DNA of 64,000 nucleotides from Psilocybe cubensis (lineage: Eukaryota). This document shows, one piece after another, positions 9,864 through 22,829 of the stretch. Below the pieces are notes generated by a model. That model saw nothing but the letters and a program-made list of their open reading frames with translations. It was not told the DNA's origin and searched no databases. Within the stretch, counting starts at the first letter, position 1; each line of letters opens with the position of its first letter. The translations under genes were made by a program, and so were the position numbers. Location: assembly GCA_017499595.2 (NCBI GenBank), contig CM039005.1, positions 1,364,001 to 1,428,000 of the forward strand. The letters are read 5' to 3'.

Positions 9864-12800
9864 AGCTCGGGGTGAAAAGAAGGTTAAACGCACACGTGGT
9901 AATCCCTATGAAAGACCGTCTAAGGGCAGTGGGCAGTACCAGACCAAACCCACGCAGGACATTGATCATCAGGAGTTAGAGGATAACCCTGATGATATCG
10001 TCAAATTTTTGGAAGCCCTTCAGGTGGGCCTCCCCTCCAACGCCGCTCAGGTCAACACTTTGGTAGGGAGCTCCCAGATCTATTCCACGATAGCAGAATC
10101 TCGGAGCCTCGATGATACCACCCCCGCAAGTGAAGACCACAATACCTTGTCCGCAGATGGCCAGAAGGGGTGTGATACCCTCATAGAACGACTTCCAGGC
10201 AGTAGCACAACATCGGCAAACTCAGACGGTCAAACAGTTAACGCCTTGCGAAAAGGTAAACAGGTCAATCGCACCCCAATAACAAAACTTGCGGTAAATG
10301 TTATATAACCCCTCTTTGCGAAAATAATCTGATCACCAATTCTTGGATCTAGGATTCACAGCCGCTTACTGGGTTGGCCGATGAAAGCGTATGTCATTTC
10401 ATTTGGATGCTCATGTCTTCAAACCTAACCCTTGTTGTCTTTCTGCAGCACTTCTTGGCGTTTGAACCCATTGATATTTTGGGTGATGTATCAACTGAAC
10501 TAGTTTGGGAGCCTGTTAACGTAAGTTCTTTGCGTTATTTCGTTGACTCCAATACTAAATCAAATATCACAAAAGGACGATGAGCAACCGCTGAACAGCT
10601 ACAAGGGAATCATAACTCTGGTGATTTTGTAACGTTTCTGCTCTGAATAGGCCTATATTGACTACAATACCTTCAGGAGCAACCACCTCAACAAGATCAG
10701 GAGCTAGTGGACGTTGGTACCAAAATACTCAAGGCTACCTACAGGCAAATTCCAGAACATGTCGTAGAGGTTTATGCCTTCAGATATTATCACTGCCTTA
10801 TTATTTTTATATCAATTACTGACAATTATCATTGATTTTAGGCACTTGCTGAGGACACAGGAAGACAGATGGCGGCAATCTGGGACATGGAGATTGGCAA
10901 GAATTCAACCATTGACGAATTGGAGTCTATCGTACAGACTCTATTAGCGAACGTCATTCGCGATTCGGGCATGTACCTCATTGGAGAAATTGCTCAGTGG
11001 GAACCAACCAATCCGAAGGAAGCCCTGCCAGTACCGACGACGACTGGATCATTGGATACGCCGGACATGGAAATTGATGTGAGGCCATTTAGTTTCTACT
11101 TATCATTTATTCATTATCTCATTTCAATCACTCTTGGTAGGATGATGATATTCTAGTTAGATATGCCCAGGTAAGACCTAAACACTTTAGCTCATGTATC
11201 TGCCAATGCAAGCAGCTTTGTTGCCAGGAGCAAGAAATTAGAGATCGTCATCTCGTTTCAAGCTTCCAGGAGGTAAAATGAATCTAGCAGTATTAAAAAT
11301 CATCGAGACTAATGTAGTTAATGCATAGGAACAACAGGAGCCAGAGCAAATCGAGCTCAATTGGGTACATATTGACCTGTTTAATTTACTTTATATCGAA
11401 ACTGATAGCTAACAATATCTTCTACACAGATTCAAGAACAGGAACGGCAACTCGAAGAGGGATGCATCTACACAACTAACCTCGTTGTCGATATCCTCAA
11501 TGCTGCCGCTTCTGGAGAGCTACCAGGAATAGTCGTCCAGGTCTGTAAACCTTTTGCTTTTTGAATCATTACTCAATATCTAAAATGGCATATTTTTTTA
11601 CTCGTGCAATAGGAAGAGATCTCACAGGCCCAACAATTTGTGGACTCGGCGACAGCCTTTATCCACCACACTGTCACCACGAACCAAGGGACGGTCGTTG
11701 AAGCCGTGGGCACGGTGCGCAAATACTTGGTTAATAAACTGCAATCAGCTAGTTTGCGCATTGAAGTCTCTTTGGCAATGGAAGAGCAGCTTCCCAGTGC
11801 TCCTATGGTCTCTCATCCGGCATATGAGCTCCATTATCAGGTATGTGTATTTTCCTAGACCCCTTCAATGATCCATTTATTCTGATTTCCTTCACTACTT
11901 TAGGACCCTTTGTTGGACAGCAACATGGACGAGGTATCAGCATCGGCAACGCCAACTTCAACACTGCCACCTAGATTGATCAAACCCCCTTCAGCATCTG
12001 CAGTAGAAGAGCCATCAAAGACACTACCACTGCCCGAGGAAGTTGACAATAGCTTCCACAAGGCACACCAAAATGCTGGCCACGACCAGAATGAGGTCGT
12101 TCGATCCGACGGAAATGTGGAAAAGGAGGAAGAGACACGCATTGGAGAGGACGCTCTCCTTTGCTTGGTTCATCCTACCCTTTCCAATGACGTCGAGACC
12201 TCCGCCGGCGTGGACCATGGAGAGGGCCAATCTGGCCTGGGCCATGGTGTGTCGGCGGAGGATCCGCCTTTGGAATTCGTCAATACTCAGCCGCTTGGTC
12301 ATGGATGCCTAAAAGCCAGTACGACGCAAGCGACAGCCTGCCCATCGTCTGAGCCGCAGGGTATTGATGAACACTAGGTGATGCCCGAATCAGTGCCCAA
12401 AGTGGCCGTTGGAGAGAGTACTCCGAACGGCGGGCTCGATGACTCGGAAGAAAAATCAGTAAAGGCCGAAATTGATGGTGTAAGTGTTCTATCTCAAGAT
12501 ATGCCATTGCATTGTTAACCTCCTTTTTATCTGTAACAGACTGCTACTCAAAATTCTGAAGATAGTGCTGGTCATCAAGCACTCGAAGATCAAGGCGTCG
12601 AAGTACTAGAGGAAATTGGTGCCGTGCCGGTAATATACCTTCTATCCTACTCTATCTCTCACATTAACTTCATTTTTTTTACTAGGTTTTGGATGCTGAA
12701 GTCGATCTGGGAAGGCTTGACGACAGAGCTAGTCATACGGAAAGGACCTCCAAAAAGCGCTGAGCGGAGGAGACAGGTAAATCCTATGTCGAGATAGAGG

Positions 12801-15616
12801 GGCTTAAACGAGCCGCGAAAAGAGGTCACTTCGGACCTGGCCCCAGTGATGACAATCCGTCAGTCACATTCTCGGACAATGCAATGGCGACGATGGCCCA
12901 GCTTGATAGAGAATCTGAACATTGGGACGCAGATCGCGGCCACAAGCGCACATCGGAGCCGGCACAGGATACGCACAAGGTCATATCGTCATCAACGCCA
13001 GTTGCTTCATCACGAAAGCGCAGCCGCGACGACGATTCAAGCCTTGCCACCCTCCTTCCTTCCAATAACTCTACACCAACTCCATCCAGCTCAGTGGCAA
13101 AGTTGAGCTTAGTTGGTTCAAAAACTGAGTCACAGACGGAAGACGATACAAGGCCTATGAAGCGGGCAAGGCAATCAAAGTTGTCGCCATTGCCCTCATT
13201 GACAGTGCCTGGCAATGATAATGTACAATCACCGTCCCGCCAGTCACCGCCTCCGTCTCTGGCTCCACGTCGTGCAAAGTCGCCGTCACTGTTACCCAAG
13301 GACATAGCGACGGAGAAGAAAAAGAGCCACTTAAGTTGGCTGGTGTCAAGGGCCATCGCGCGTTTACCAAGCTGGATGAGGCCTAACAGGAGCAAGCCTT
13401 CAAGAGGCTAATTCAGTTTCAATCAGTTGTATGTCATGCTATCATATGTGATTTGTTTCTGGTACTGATTCTCTTGTCTCTTTCCAGGACGTGTAATATA
13501 TATTTATTCTTTTGTTTAATCTAGAGTCGTGATACATATAGTTACACATTCTTGCTTTTTTGCTTTGTTATTGTTTTCTTGTTCATTTCTGCTTTTATCG
13601 CTGTACAGCTACTGTCGTAAATTATTTGTCTCTGCTTTGTAAATCAGGCATTGTATCTACTTGCTACATTGTGTAATATTTTGTCAAGCACTCTAATACA
13701 TGTACATCTCATCGAGTGTTGTCATTGATACGGCTGTTTGAGAATGGGCGGCTACATTGAATATGACAGCGCTATCACACCTACTTCAGAAACTCGAAAC
13801 AAAGTTGATGGTCACAGTTCATATCCACATCTGATTGTTGCTTCTTTTACAGTTTAGATCTTTCAACCGAGACAAACTAGCCATCTGTCTTTCCATGAAT
13901 CCATTCAACGCTGCAAAATATGCAACCCTGGGTGCCCTAGTTCAAGTTTAAACTCCACATTCTTAACAACCATCTGAAATTGGCTGCCTACGATGTTTCT
14001 GCTCGCTTCCTGAAGTGTGATAGGAAAGATGCGTTAACATCCGGCGTTCATGGCTCGAGGTACACGCGCAACCAAACAAGATATCAAGACTCGACAGCAT
14101 CATATGGTCCATTGGGGAAGTATGTTAAATCATGAGGCGCGTTCGACAGACAGACTGCATTCTGCATCCCCAGCAGGTGGTTGGGCACCACAACACTCAT
14201 GTATCAAGATAAGATTCAATACGTGAGGGAGGAGTGCGCACTGCACCGCGTTGACCAGATTGCAGGTTCAGTCTGGATGAGGCGGAATTTAAGGTGCGCC
14301 CAGTGTGTTTCAGTGTTGATGGAGGTGGTAACCAATCCCGCCAATGGAAAGCCAACACAATGCCTGATTTCGCTCTCGAGGCGATTCAGATTAAGACATA
14401 TAGGCAAGCAGCATTTCAATAGCGCAGAGATGCCCAGCGCAGCGCTCTGAAAGAGTCTTTAATAGACTCCGTTACCAACGAAGTGGTCATGGTTCTACCA
14501 GTACAGACAGGGCATCTTGATATGGGGCTCAGAAGCGCCCATTGCGGCCGATCTGGGTTTATACCTGATAACAAGGAATTATGCAAGATATGATCCCAGT
14601 ATATTAGGACTGGATGAAGATATAAGTATTAGTTTGAATCATTGGCAAAATGTGAAGCATACATGTAACGCACTGTCGTCATGACCTGTTGGTTAGTTGT
14701 CGTCGGGAAGAAATGACGAGTGATGTGGCGTTAAAGGGGCTAGGGTACTGGCAGCCCAGTGTATGTCCAGGTTTGAGCATTTCTGGGCTGCTGGCACGAT
14801 GCAAAGGAAGGGGGGTGCAAAAGGGATAAAATTATAATAAATAACATGCGCACCTAGGTTACTGCAAAACATTTCACTAGCAAGCCAGCCATCTGTCTCA
14901 TCCAAAACGCTACCGCATCTCGTACATTGTACGGCCTCGGACAACAGGTGCAGATGGTGCCAATAGGTTGGGAAAAAGGACTGACATCAACAAACACGGA
15001 TCAAATGGAAAATCGCGTCATGTCCTGTCACGTTTTTTAAAGCGGAGTTTAATCGAGTTTACTTCGACTTTTTTGTAGTACCCTTTGAAGTAAAGTACAT
15101 GATGGTAGGCTGCTAGGACAACAAACCAGGTTCTCCTACAGCAATAATGCTCTTAGGACATTCTGGAACTCATCACCACCCAATTCTCCATGAGGCAATT
15201 GTGCGACAACCTTCTGTACCTCACTTCAGTAGGCCAACAGGGATATCTAATTACGGAATCAGTCATGAAGACAAATATTTCGTACAACAGCAAAGCGGGA
15301 AGTATACATCAAAAAATACCATCTATCAGAGACGTGTTCTTCAAAGTGGCTCAGGACGATTTACCAATACAATCCTCACGAAGCCTTAGGTATACCTTTC
15401 GAAGTAGGATATTCGAGCGTGTTTGTAGCCAATGGAGAGGATACAAACCCCAAGGATTTTGACGACGACGATATGTATGTCTGATAAAACAATAGGATTG
15501 TGCTTTCATTCTCAGTTGAAATATTGAGGGCTATATCATGAATATAAGAGTACAAGAAAAATAATGAATTTATGACACAGAGATTACCGCAATGAGATGG
15601 CACAAGTGCGTTTCCG

Positions 15617-16988
15617 TCAGACAGAATTTGGCGATCTTTTTTGAAAGAGCCTTATTAACCGGATCCACCATTCAATAAATCCTATAATCTGTCTGGTAGT
15701 TCTGCTTTGGGGTGGTGGACTTTTCCTCCTGCGTTCTTCTGCCGTGGTCCTCCTTAGCCAAATTTCTCCTGACAGACAGGGTTGATCAAGCGATGTAACA
15801 ATTTGTCGAAGAATGCTAAGTGACTCCGTAGCTGTAGGCCTCAATGCAGGGTCGGTATATCTCATAGAATCGGCCAAAGGTGACAAAAAATCTAAGCCTT
15901 CGTATTCCTGGAGAGTGATATTTGAGCAAGTACTTAAATTGATGCGGGAGGCACTTACTTCAACAAATCTGTCGACAAGGTCTCCTAATTGAAAGACATC
16001 TAGCTTGAATGGATTATATGGAATAGTTCCCGACATCTCAGGGACATATTTGACTTGACCATAGTATCCAACACAGCTAGAGCCAGGAGTAAAAAATTCA
16101 GCTGTCTCGAAATCAATCAGATAGTATTTAACAGGTGCCACGGAGCAGCGATCCTTGTGGACTATATGTATTCTCCCGTCAGGCTGCCAGTAGTTAGCCA
16201 CATGGTGAAAACCACTCGGGATAACATTTGTGGGATCCATCATGAAATTACGGCGACATGCATCCCTAATAAGACATTAGCATCGGCATTTTCAAACTTA
16301 AGGTCAATGCTCGGTTTCTACCTATGCGCTATATTGTGCTCATGCAGGAATTGAATGCCCTAATAGAGAAAGTCGCAGGTTTTACTCGCAGCTTGATTGA
16401 CAGATAGTCTATATAAACATACCTGGATTAGTTGTTCAACCACCTCCAAAACCTCTCGAACATGCCGATATGGAAGAGTCACCGACATAAGTGGGAAAAG
16501 CATAGGCATCACAATAAGTGCAGAAGGCGAAGAAGTTTCGACGCCACTATCGTTTGGAAGCGGTAAAACCTCTAAGAGGGGGACGACATTATTCCTGCTG
16601 TCTTCACGCATCTTTGAAGTATTCAGGTATTGCAAAATTTCAACATTGTCTTCTGCAAGGACCACTCGCTTGATTACCACCCTGGTGCCGTCGCGGATAC
16701 GGACTGCGTCTATTAGTTTGGGTTCCTGTACAACGAGTCGGTCACGTAATATATTTGACATATTGGATTGAGGTTGCGTACACTTGTCCAAAGCCAGTCA
16801 GAGCAAGTTGTCATATCTTTATTGAGATTCCAAAATCTCGTCCATGAAGGTTTTCAATTTGGATGGTAACGAGGTCGTAATTTGTAGCCCATTCGCTTTA
16901 GAAATGGCTGGAGCTTGACCCATTCTACTTCCCAGGGTAGCAACAGGCCATCATCTTCCTCCGTATCCTGGCTTATCTGGAGAGTCAT
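15617..16988 (-). pseudogene. AgaK1-like kinase, copy 3, probable pseudogene (Trp to stop in exon 1)
   Basis: Same exon layout and motifs (HRDACRRNFMMD, VKYYLIDFETA). YHPN-TGA-KPSW at 16854-16856 has TGG in the other three copies. Confidence 0.75.
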
Positions 16989-17580
16989 TGATGGTGCTGC
17001 TTCTGGTTTCAAGGTACAAGCCTGAGGCAGAAACCAGAGGATAGCGGAGGTGAGTGTCTTCTACAACAGTGTTCTCAGTAAGTTGACAGGTCCTGACTAA
17101 TACCGAATGCCAGCAAATTAACTCCGACTCAAATTTTCATGCCAATCCGCCAATCCAATGTTCATGAACTCAAACCAAATTTTGAAACTAAGAATCCAGT
17201 CACCTGACATGTCGAAGTCGAAGTCGCGTAGCGTTTAACCCGTTTGCCTCAGGTTCTCCAATCTAATATTGGTCGACTGAAGAGGCCCCAGCAACTTGAA
17301 TACCCCATAGCTCAACTGTGACGATAAAGTATGACTGTCCAGACCGTTCCCACCAATCCAGTCCTCGGGAACCCCAGGTTTATCCAAACAATTCGCCTCT
17401 TTTAACTAAGATCTTCAGATACATCTGAAGCCATTGGAGAAATTACAAATTGAGAGGACACTGATAACGATTATATGTATGTTTTCATGAGTATACGAGT
17501 AGTAGAAAAGTGATATAAATATGACATATGAATTACTAGAGTAAGATAGCGCAAAACTTGTGAGTCGGCCCTCTTGTTTT

Positions 17581-18946
17581 TCAGACAGGGTTTGACGTTC
17601 TTTTTTGGAATAACATTATCAGCCTGATCCACCATTCAATAAATGATATAAGGCGTCTGGTAGCTCTACTTTGGGGCGGTGGACTTTTCCTCCCGCGTTC
17701 TTCGGCCGTTGTCTTTCTTAACCAGATATCCCCTGATAGACAAGCATAATCAAGTGATGCAATAATCTGTCGAAGAATGGAAAGTGATTCCGTAGCTGTA
17801 GGCCTCAACTCGGGATCAAAATATCTCATGGATTCCGCCAAAGGAGAGAGAAAATCTAAGCCTTCGTACTCCTGGAGGACAATATTTGAGCAAATACTTA
17901 ACCTGATTTGGGAGGCGCTTACTTGAACGAATCTGTCGACAACGTCACCTAATTGAAAGACGTCTAGCTTGAATGGATCATATGGAATAGTTCCCGACAT
18001 CTCTGGAACGTATTTGACTTGACCGTAATATCCAACACAGCCAGTACCTGGAGCAAAAAAGCGGGCCGTTTCGAAATCAATCAAATAGTATTTAACAGGT
18101 GCCACGGCACAGCGATCTCGGTAGATGATCCGCGTTTTCCCGTCAGGCTGGCAGTAGTTCGCGGCATGATGAAAGCTGCTTGGGATAACGTTCGTTGGAT
18201 CCATCAAGAAATTACCACAGCACGCATCTCTGACATAATTTTAAGATATTAGCTCTTCAAAGATTCGAGATCAAGAGCACTATACCTATGCGCAATATGA
18301 TGTTCATGGAGGAATTGAATTCCCTGGCGAGAAAATGAAACGCTCAACTTTCAAATTGATTGAGATCATGTTTAAATTTACCTGGATTAGTTGTTCGAGT
18401 AGCTCAAGAACCTCTTTAACATGTCGATATGGAAGACTATCCGACATAAGTGGAAATAACATAGGCATCACAAGAAGTGCGGAAGGCGAGGAGGTTTCAA
18501 GACCACTGTCATTTGGCAGCAATAAGACATCCAGGAGTGGGACGGTGTTATTTCTGCTGTCTTCGCGCATTTTTGGAGTATTCAGGAATTGCAAGATTTC
18601 AACATTGTCTTCTGCAAGAACCACTCGTTTGAGCACCACCTTGGCACCGTCACGGACGCGGACTGCATCTATCAACTTGGGCACCTGCCGACCAAGTCAA
18701 TTATTTTATTAGTATCGAAAGATGCATATTTCGTACGCTTGTCCAAAGCCAATCAGAGTAGTCTGACATATCTTTATTGAGATTCCAAAACCTTGTCCAA
18801 GGAGGTTTCCAATTTGGATGATACCGAGGTCGCAATTTATAGCCGTTCTTCTTCAGAAAAGGCTGTAGTTTGACCCAATCAACTTCCCAGGGTAACAAAA
18901 TACTGTCGTCCTCATCCGTATCCTGGCTTATAGGCTGGGGAGGCAT
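17581..18946 (-). CDS. AgaK1-like fungal protein kinase, copy 4
   Basis: MPPQPISQDTDEDD..., YKLRPRYHPNWKPPW, IAHR|DACCGNFLMD, VKYYLIDFETARFF, PYDPFKLDVFQLG; close paralogue of copy 3. Confidence 0.85.
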
Positions 18947-19239
18947 AGAGGGAGATGTGTCTGGACTGCAAGGCACACCACGTAAAATTTAAACGTTAAA
19001 CACCGGAGGAAAGTGGGGGTGAGGGCACTGTACAATAGCAACGTGGCGTACTCAGTCCTACAGGTATAGATGAGAACAGGAAACGAGTTGACAGGCTCGG
19101 ACCAACTAAGATTTGTCCCGAATTTCAATGTTAATAAACAATCCAGTCACCTGACGTGTCGAAGTCGCATCTCGTTTCCAGGCGCATAACTCAGAGACCA
19201 CTGGGCACTGTTTTGGTCTGACCGCAGGAAACATATGGT

Positions 19240-19452
19240 CGTACACTAATGAGCTGTTCAATCGCATCTAACTTTCCCTGCCATACTGGAATGGAAAGCT
19301 CCAACTAACTGTAAAAGGGAAAAGGAGAGGCATTACCAGGAGTACTGCCGATTTACGGAACTTGGCCATTTCGTACAGCGATTGTAAGAGGAGGGAAATT
19401 GTATTATTGCTGGATCCGCACGCATTTTAGACGAATTTCAAAGTTCGAGCAG
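19240..19452 (-). pseudogene. Degenerate kinase exon fragment of the copy 1/2 subtype
   Basis: Nucleotide similarity to 2110-2330 (AGGAGAGGCATTACCAGGAG..CTGCCGATT, GCTCCAACT), with indels. Confidence 0.75.
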
Positions 19453-19930
19453 ATATCCCCCACAGTATCGATTATACATACTTTGGTGGACGAGTTGTCG
19501 ATATTCTCGGTCAAGGGGAAAAGTTGTTTATATGAAGACGTTTAAAGGCGAAGTCGCGGACAACGGAATGCGATGATCCGAGGTTAACAGTCGCGAAAAC
19601 GCAGGGGAGGCAGAACTCTCTTGTGTAGATTATAATGTCAGTGATTATAAATTCTAGACTGGGATTTCCGCTGTCCCACACATACTTGCATGAGCAATGT
19701 TGGTCAACAGCTTCTTAAGCAACGTTGCGTGGAAGGAAATAAACCACTGCTGTTTCTTCGAAAACCAAAGCGAAATGATAAATGACCATTATGTGGGGTA
19801 AGCGTAATTATACACAAAATATGCATCCAAAACTTAGCGCAGATGAGGTCCAACTTTCCCGTCAACAATGATACACTTTCATCCCGCCTCGACGATAGCC
19901 AACATTCTACATAGCTGAAGCAGATTAGAA

Positions 19931-20791
19931 TTAGTCGATGAGGTACTTTCGCTTGAAATAAGAGCGGAGGTGGAAGATTTGCCATGCGCCGAGGCCGGCC
20001 AGAGAGATGATTGAAAACCAGGCAAAGTTTTGTACGCGTTTATTGGTTGAAACTGGAAGGAGAGTAAGCACCCAGGGTAAGATAGGAGAACATTGTAACC
20101 ATAAAAAACTCACAATTCGTCTTGGTAAACCGCTCTTCACGCTTCTTCAAATAGTTCATCTCGTCTACAACCTCCTTAACGAGTCCTTCCAGCTTACGCA
20201 TTTCGGTTTCGAGACCAGAAAGTGATTCCTGGTTAGCAATAGCGCTGTTCGCACGTTTTACAATAAGATACCGGTTCATACATCGGCTTTTGCAATGAGA
20301 CACTCACTTGTAGTCGACGGCGTCAGCGCCTATATCAATGTCTAGGTCGATGACGCGACTCAATTTCCCCTGTTCGTCTTGCGAGAGCTTAGCATCTATA
20401 GCGATGTTTAGTAAACGCAGCTTCAGATTAATGATACAAGAGCAGACAGACCTGTATCGATGTAGTTTCTCAGACACACCCCCACTTCACCCTCAGAATG
20501 CGTGGTGATTGCCAGCCTCGACTCCGCTTTGATCCCCCTTTTGCTCAAGTAGATATTCCTCTTCGGACTTGAGTCTACAATCTCGATGTCTACGCGTTGG
20601 TGCAAACCAGGCCCAACGTTGGCTGTGACAATGACGAGAGCGTTAGGATGAGCTGGGTTCCATATGCATTTTTGTGGAGGATAGCGGAATGCTGGCAGGT
20701 TGAACTTGATGGCCGAGACGGTGTGGCAAAACGACAGGAAAAGAACGACAAGAGGAAGAATCAGCGATAATGGCCGCGATGACGAAGCCAT
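19931..20791 (-). CDS. ERV25: p24/emp24/gp25L family cargo receptor (Erv25/TMED10-like)
   Basis: Signal peptide, GOLD domain, IDIGADAVDY..AIANQESLSGLETEMRKLE, TNKRVQNFAWFS transmembrane segment and YFKRKYLID dilysine-type tail. Confidence 0.93.
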
Positions 20792-21059
20792 GCTGGAGTG
20801 GATGAGAGGTGTTGTCGTGGTCGTCGTGAAAGCGGGTCGTGAGTCTGCCAACCGTGATTGGCTCGGCAATAGTGGGACTCACATGCTACGTGGGACTCTT
20901 CGGACACGCAACACTACCCAGCGGCCGGCTTTTCACCTCGTACTCCTCCACCAATCTATCCTCTTTTCTGGCAACTCACTCCAACCTCCAGTATTGCCTC
21001 GTTTTGGTCTACGATATTTGATGGTTCTAGCAAAGAACTATCAGGTCACTTTTTCAAAA

Positions 21060-22460
21060 CTCTCGCATTCCTAGATCTCCCTGGATTCTGAGATCAACGC
21101 AACCGCTGGGGAAACGGGGCATATGGACTCGGGGCAGGTGAGTTCTCTTTCAGAGTGTGTCGTATATTCTGGAGGGGCCAGCTCCTCAAAACCACCATTG
21201 TTTGGCGTCATTGTTCTTGCAATCAGCTCATACTTCAAGATTCATTCGATCCTTTCTTATCGCTACGCAAGACAGTAGTTTTCGGCCGTTTGGTGGATTG
21301 TGTGATGTGCACCATAGTGCATTCTATTCATTCACTGGAAAGTATCGCTACTTACGGGAGCGACGTCTCATACAGACAGTGATTTGACGACCTTTACAGC
21401 GTGGCGTCGGCGTGCTCTTACTCTACCGACTAATGATCCAGATGGTGTCGATAACATTCACCCTAAGGAGCGTCTTTGTGCTATCCTGAAGGCGGGATGG
21501 TTGATATACGAAAAAGCTATCATCACTATCATCCGTGGGCGTATCGGCTCAAGATCATTTTTTTCGCCAATCCTGAAAACATCGACACACTTTTATTACT
21601 GTGCTTCACATGCATTTTGAAAATGCTTGTCATTTTCCGTAGCATCTATTTGAGACGCTCTTCCTTCGCCTGTCAGGCAATGGTCAAAAGGTTGTCAAGT
21701 AGTTCATGACATATGACATACCTCGTATGATCAGGGCTTGACTGTACTACCTTCTACTATATGGGTGGCCAAAGTCCAGACATGGAACTGGAACCGATTC
21801 AAATCTGATGCTACGATATTAATGACTTGCGTTTTCGAATGAATATCTCCCAACGTACGTATCATCATCGGGCAGATGGTGAAATTCCGGCCACGTATAC
21901 TGTGTATCTGCGGGCTCTCTCTGACGGACAGCGAAACTGGATGTAAAGCTTAGACCACAAAGGCAGAAAAACGGTAGAGAATGAATACTCACTTTTCTGG
22001 AAGGGGCAGGTCCATACTCCGAAGAACCGCTAAAGAGCGTAGTTCATTCCCAATGGCATGGTAATCCAATGATGTCAACTTTTCAAGTGAGTAGATTAAC
22101 GAAGCTTGTAGGTACTCGAGAATGATCGCTGCACAAACCTCAAATTGACGCTCAATCAGCAGCAGATTATTTTCAAGTCGAGCAAGTGCCGCCGCGTCTA
22201 TAGATTCAGCAAAGAACGCGTTAAACGCCCCATCCAAGGCATCGTGTAATCTCTTTAAATTCAGTTCCATACTACGCGCTTCAGTATCATTACAGAAGCC
22301 TGATCAAAGCCATTGACTTACACATGCAATTCATGCAGATATTCTGCGCGTATATCCTCCTCTAATTCTGCTTGCATGACTCCGTCGCGAAATGATGTTG
22401 TAAATCTTTGAAGTTTAGCAATCTGGGCCATTTTGAGGTTACGGTAAGCCATTTTTTGTT
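21060..22460 (-). other. Possible degraded multi-exon gene of unknown family
   Basis: Helical 93-aa ORF at 21989-22270 ends at a splice donor; flanking exon-like segments contain stops. Confidence 0.3.
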
Positions 22461-22659
22461 CGATAAAGATCTCAATTTGGCGCGATGAAGTTGTCATGGT
22501 GCGTAATAAGGATCGGTATAGCGTTATCAGTTTGATGTAGACACAATATTACGAACAGAAATGTTTCTTTTATACAATCTATGGGTAATCAATGACTTCT
22601 ACATAGGTTCTCCACCATCCGCGATCGGCATCGAAGCCACTCATCAATAGAATAGAGCT

Positions 22660-22829
22660 AGGGGCAACAAAATTGTGGGCGACAGCATTGTGGGCGACAG
22701 AGTTGTGGGCGACAGAGTTGTGGGCGACGATATTGTGTGCATATTGTGGGCGGAAAGCATTGTGGGCAGAGTTGTGGGCGACAACATTGTGGACAGAGCT
22801 GTGATTGTGGGCAGCGTTGTGGGCGACGG
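22660..22829. repeat. Minisatellite of about 15-bp units (TTGTGGGCGACAGAG consensus, about 11 degenerate copies)
   Basis: Repeated TTGTGGGC(GAC) cores visible directly; they generate the VAHNS and CRPQL periodic ORFs. Confidence 0.9.

Larger units (their letters stand above)
7480..13411 (+). pseudogene. Large low-complexity orphan gene, disrupted by an LTR insertion and two nonsense codons; paralogue of the gene at 55302-61920
   Basis: Removing 8281-9868 restores one frame (...AVKQA-RGEKKVKRTRGNPYERPS...KFLEALQVG). In-frame TAG at 12375-12377 and TGA at 12761-12763 fall where the paralogue has sense codons. 5' start uncertain. Confidence 0.7.

Noticed and set aside
14100..15462. Fragmented plus-strand ORFs, possibly a decayed gene
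   Set aside because: Multiple stops and no recognisable motif; cannot support a call.
22660..22829. CRISPR-like or telomeric array
   Set aside because: No unique spacers, eukaryotic context, and the unit is not TTAGGG-like.
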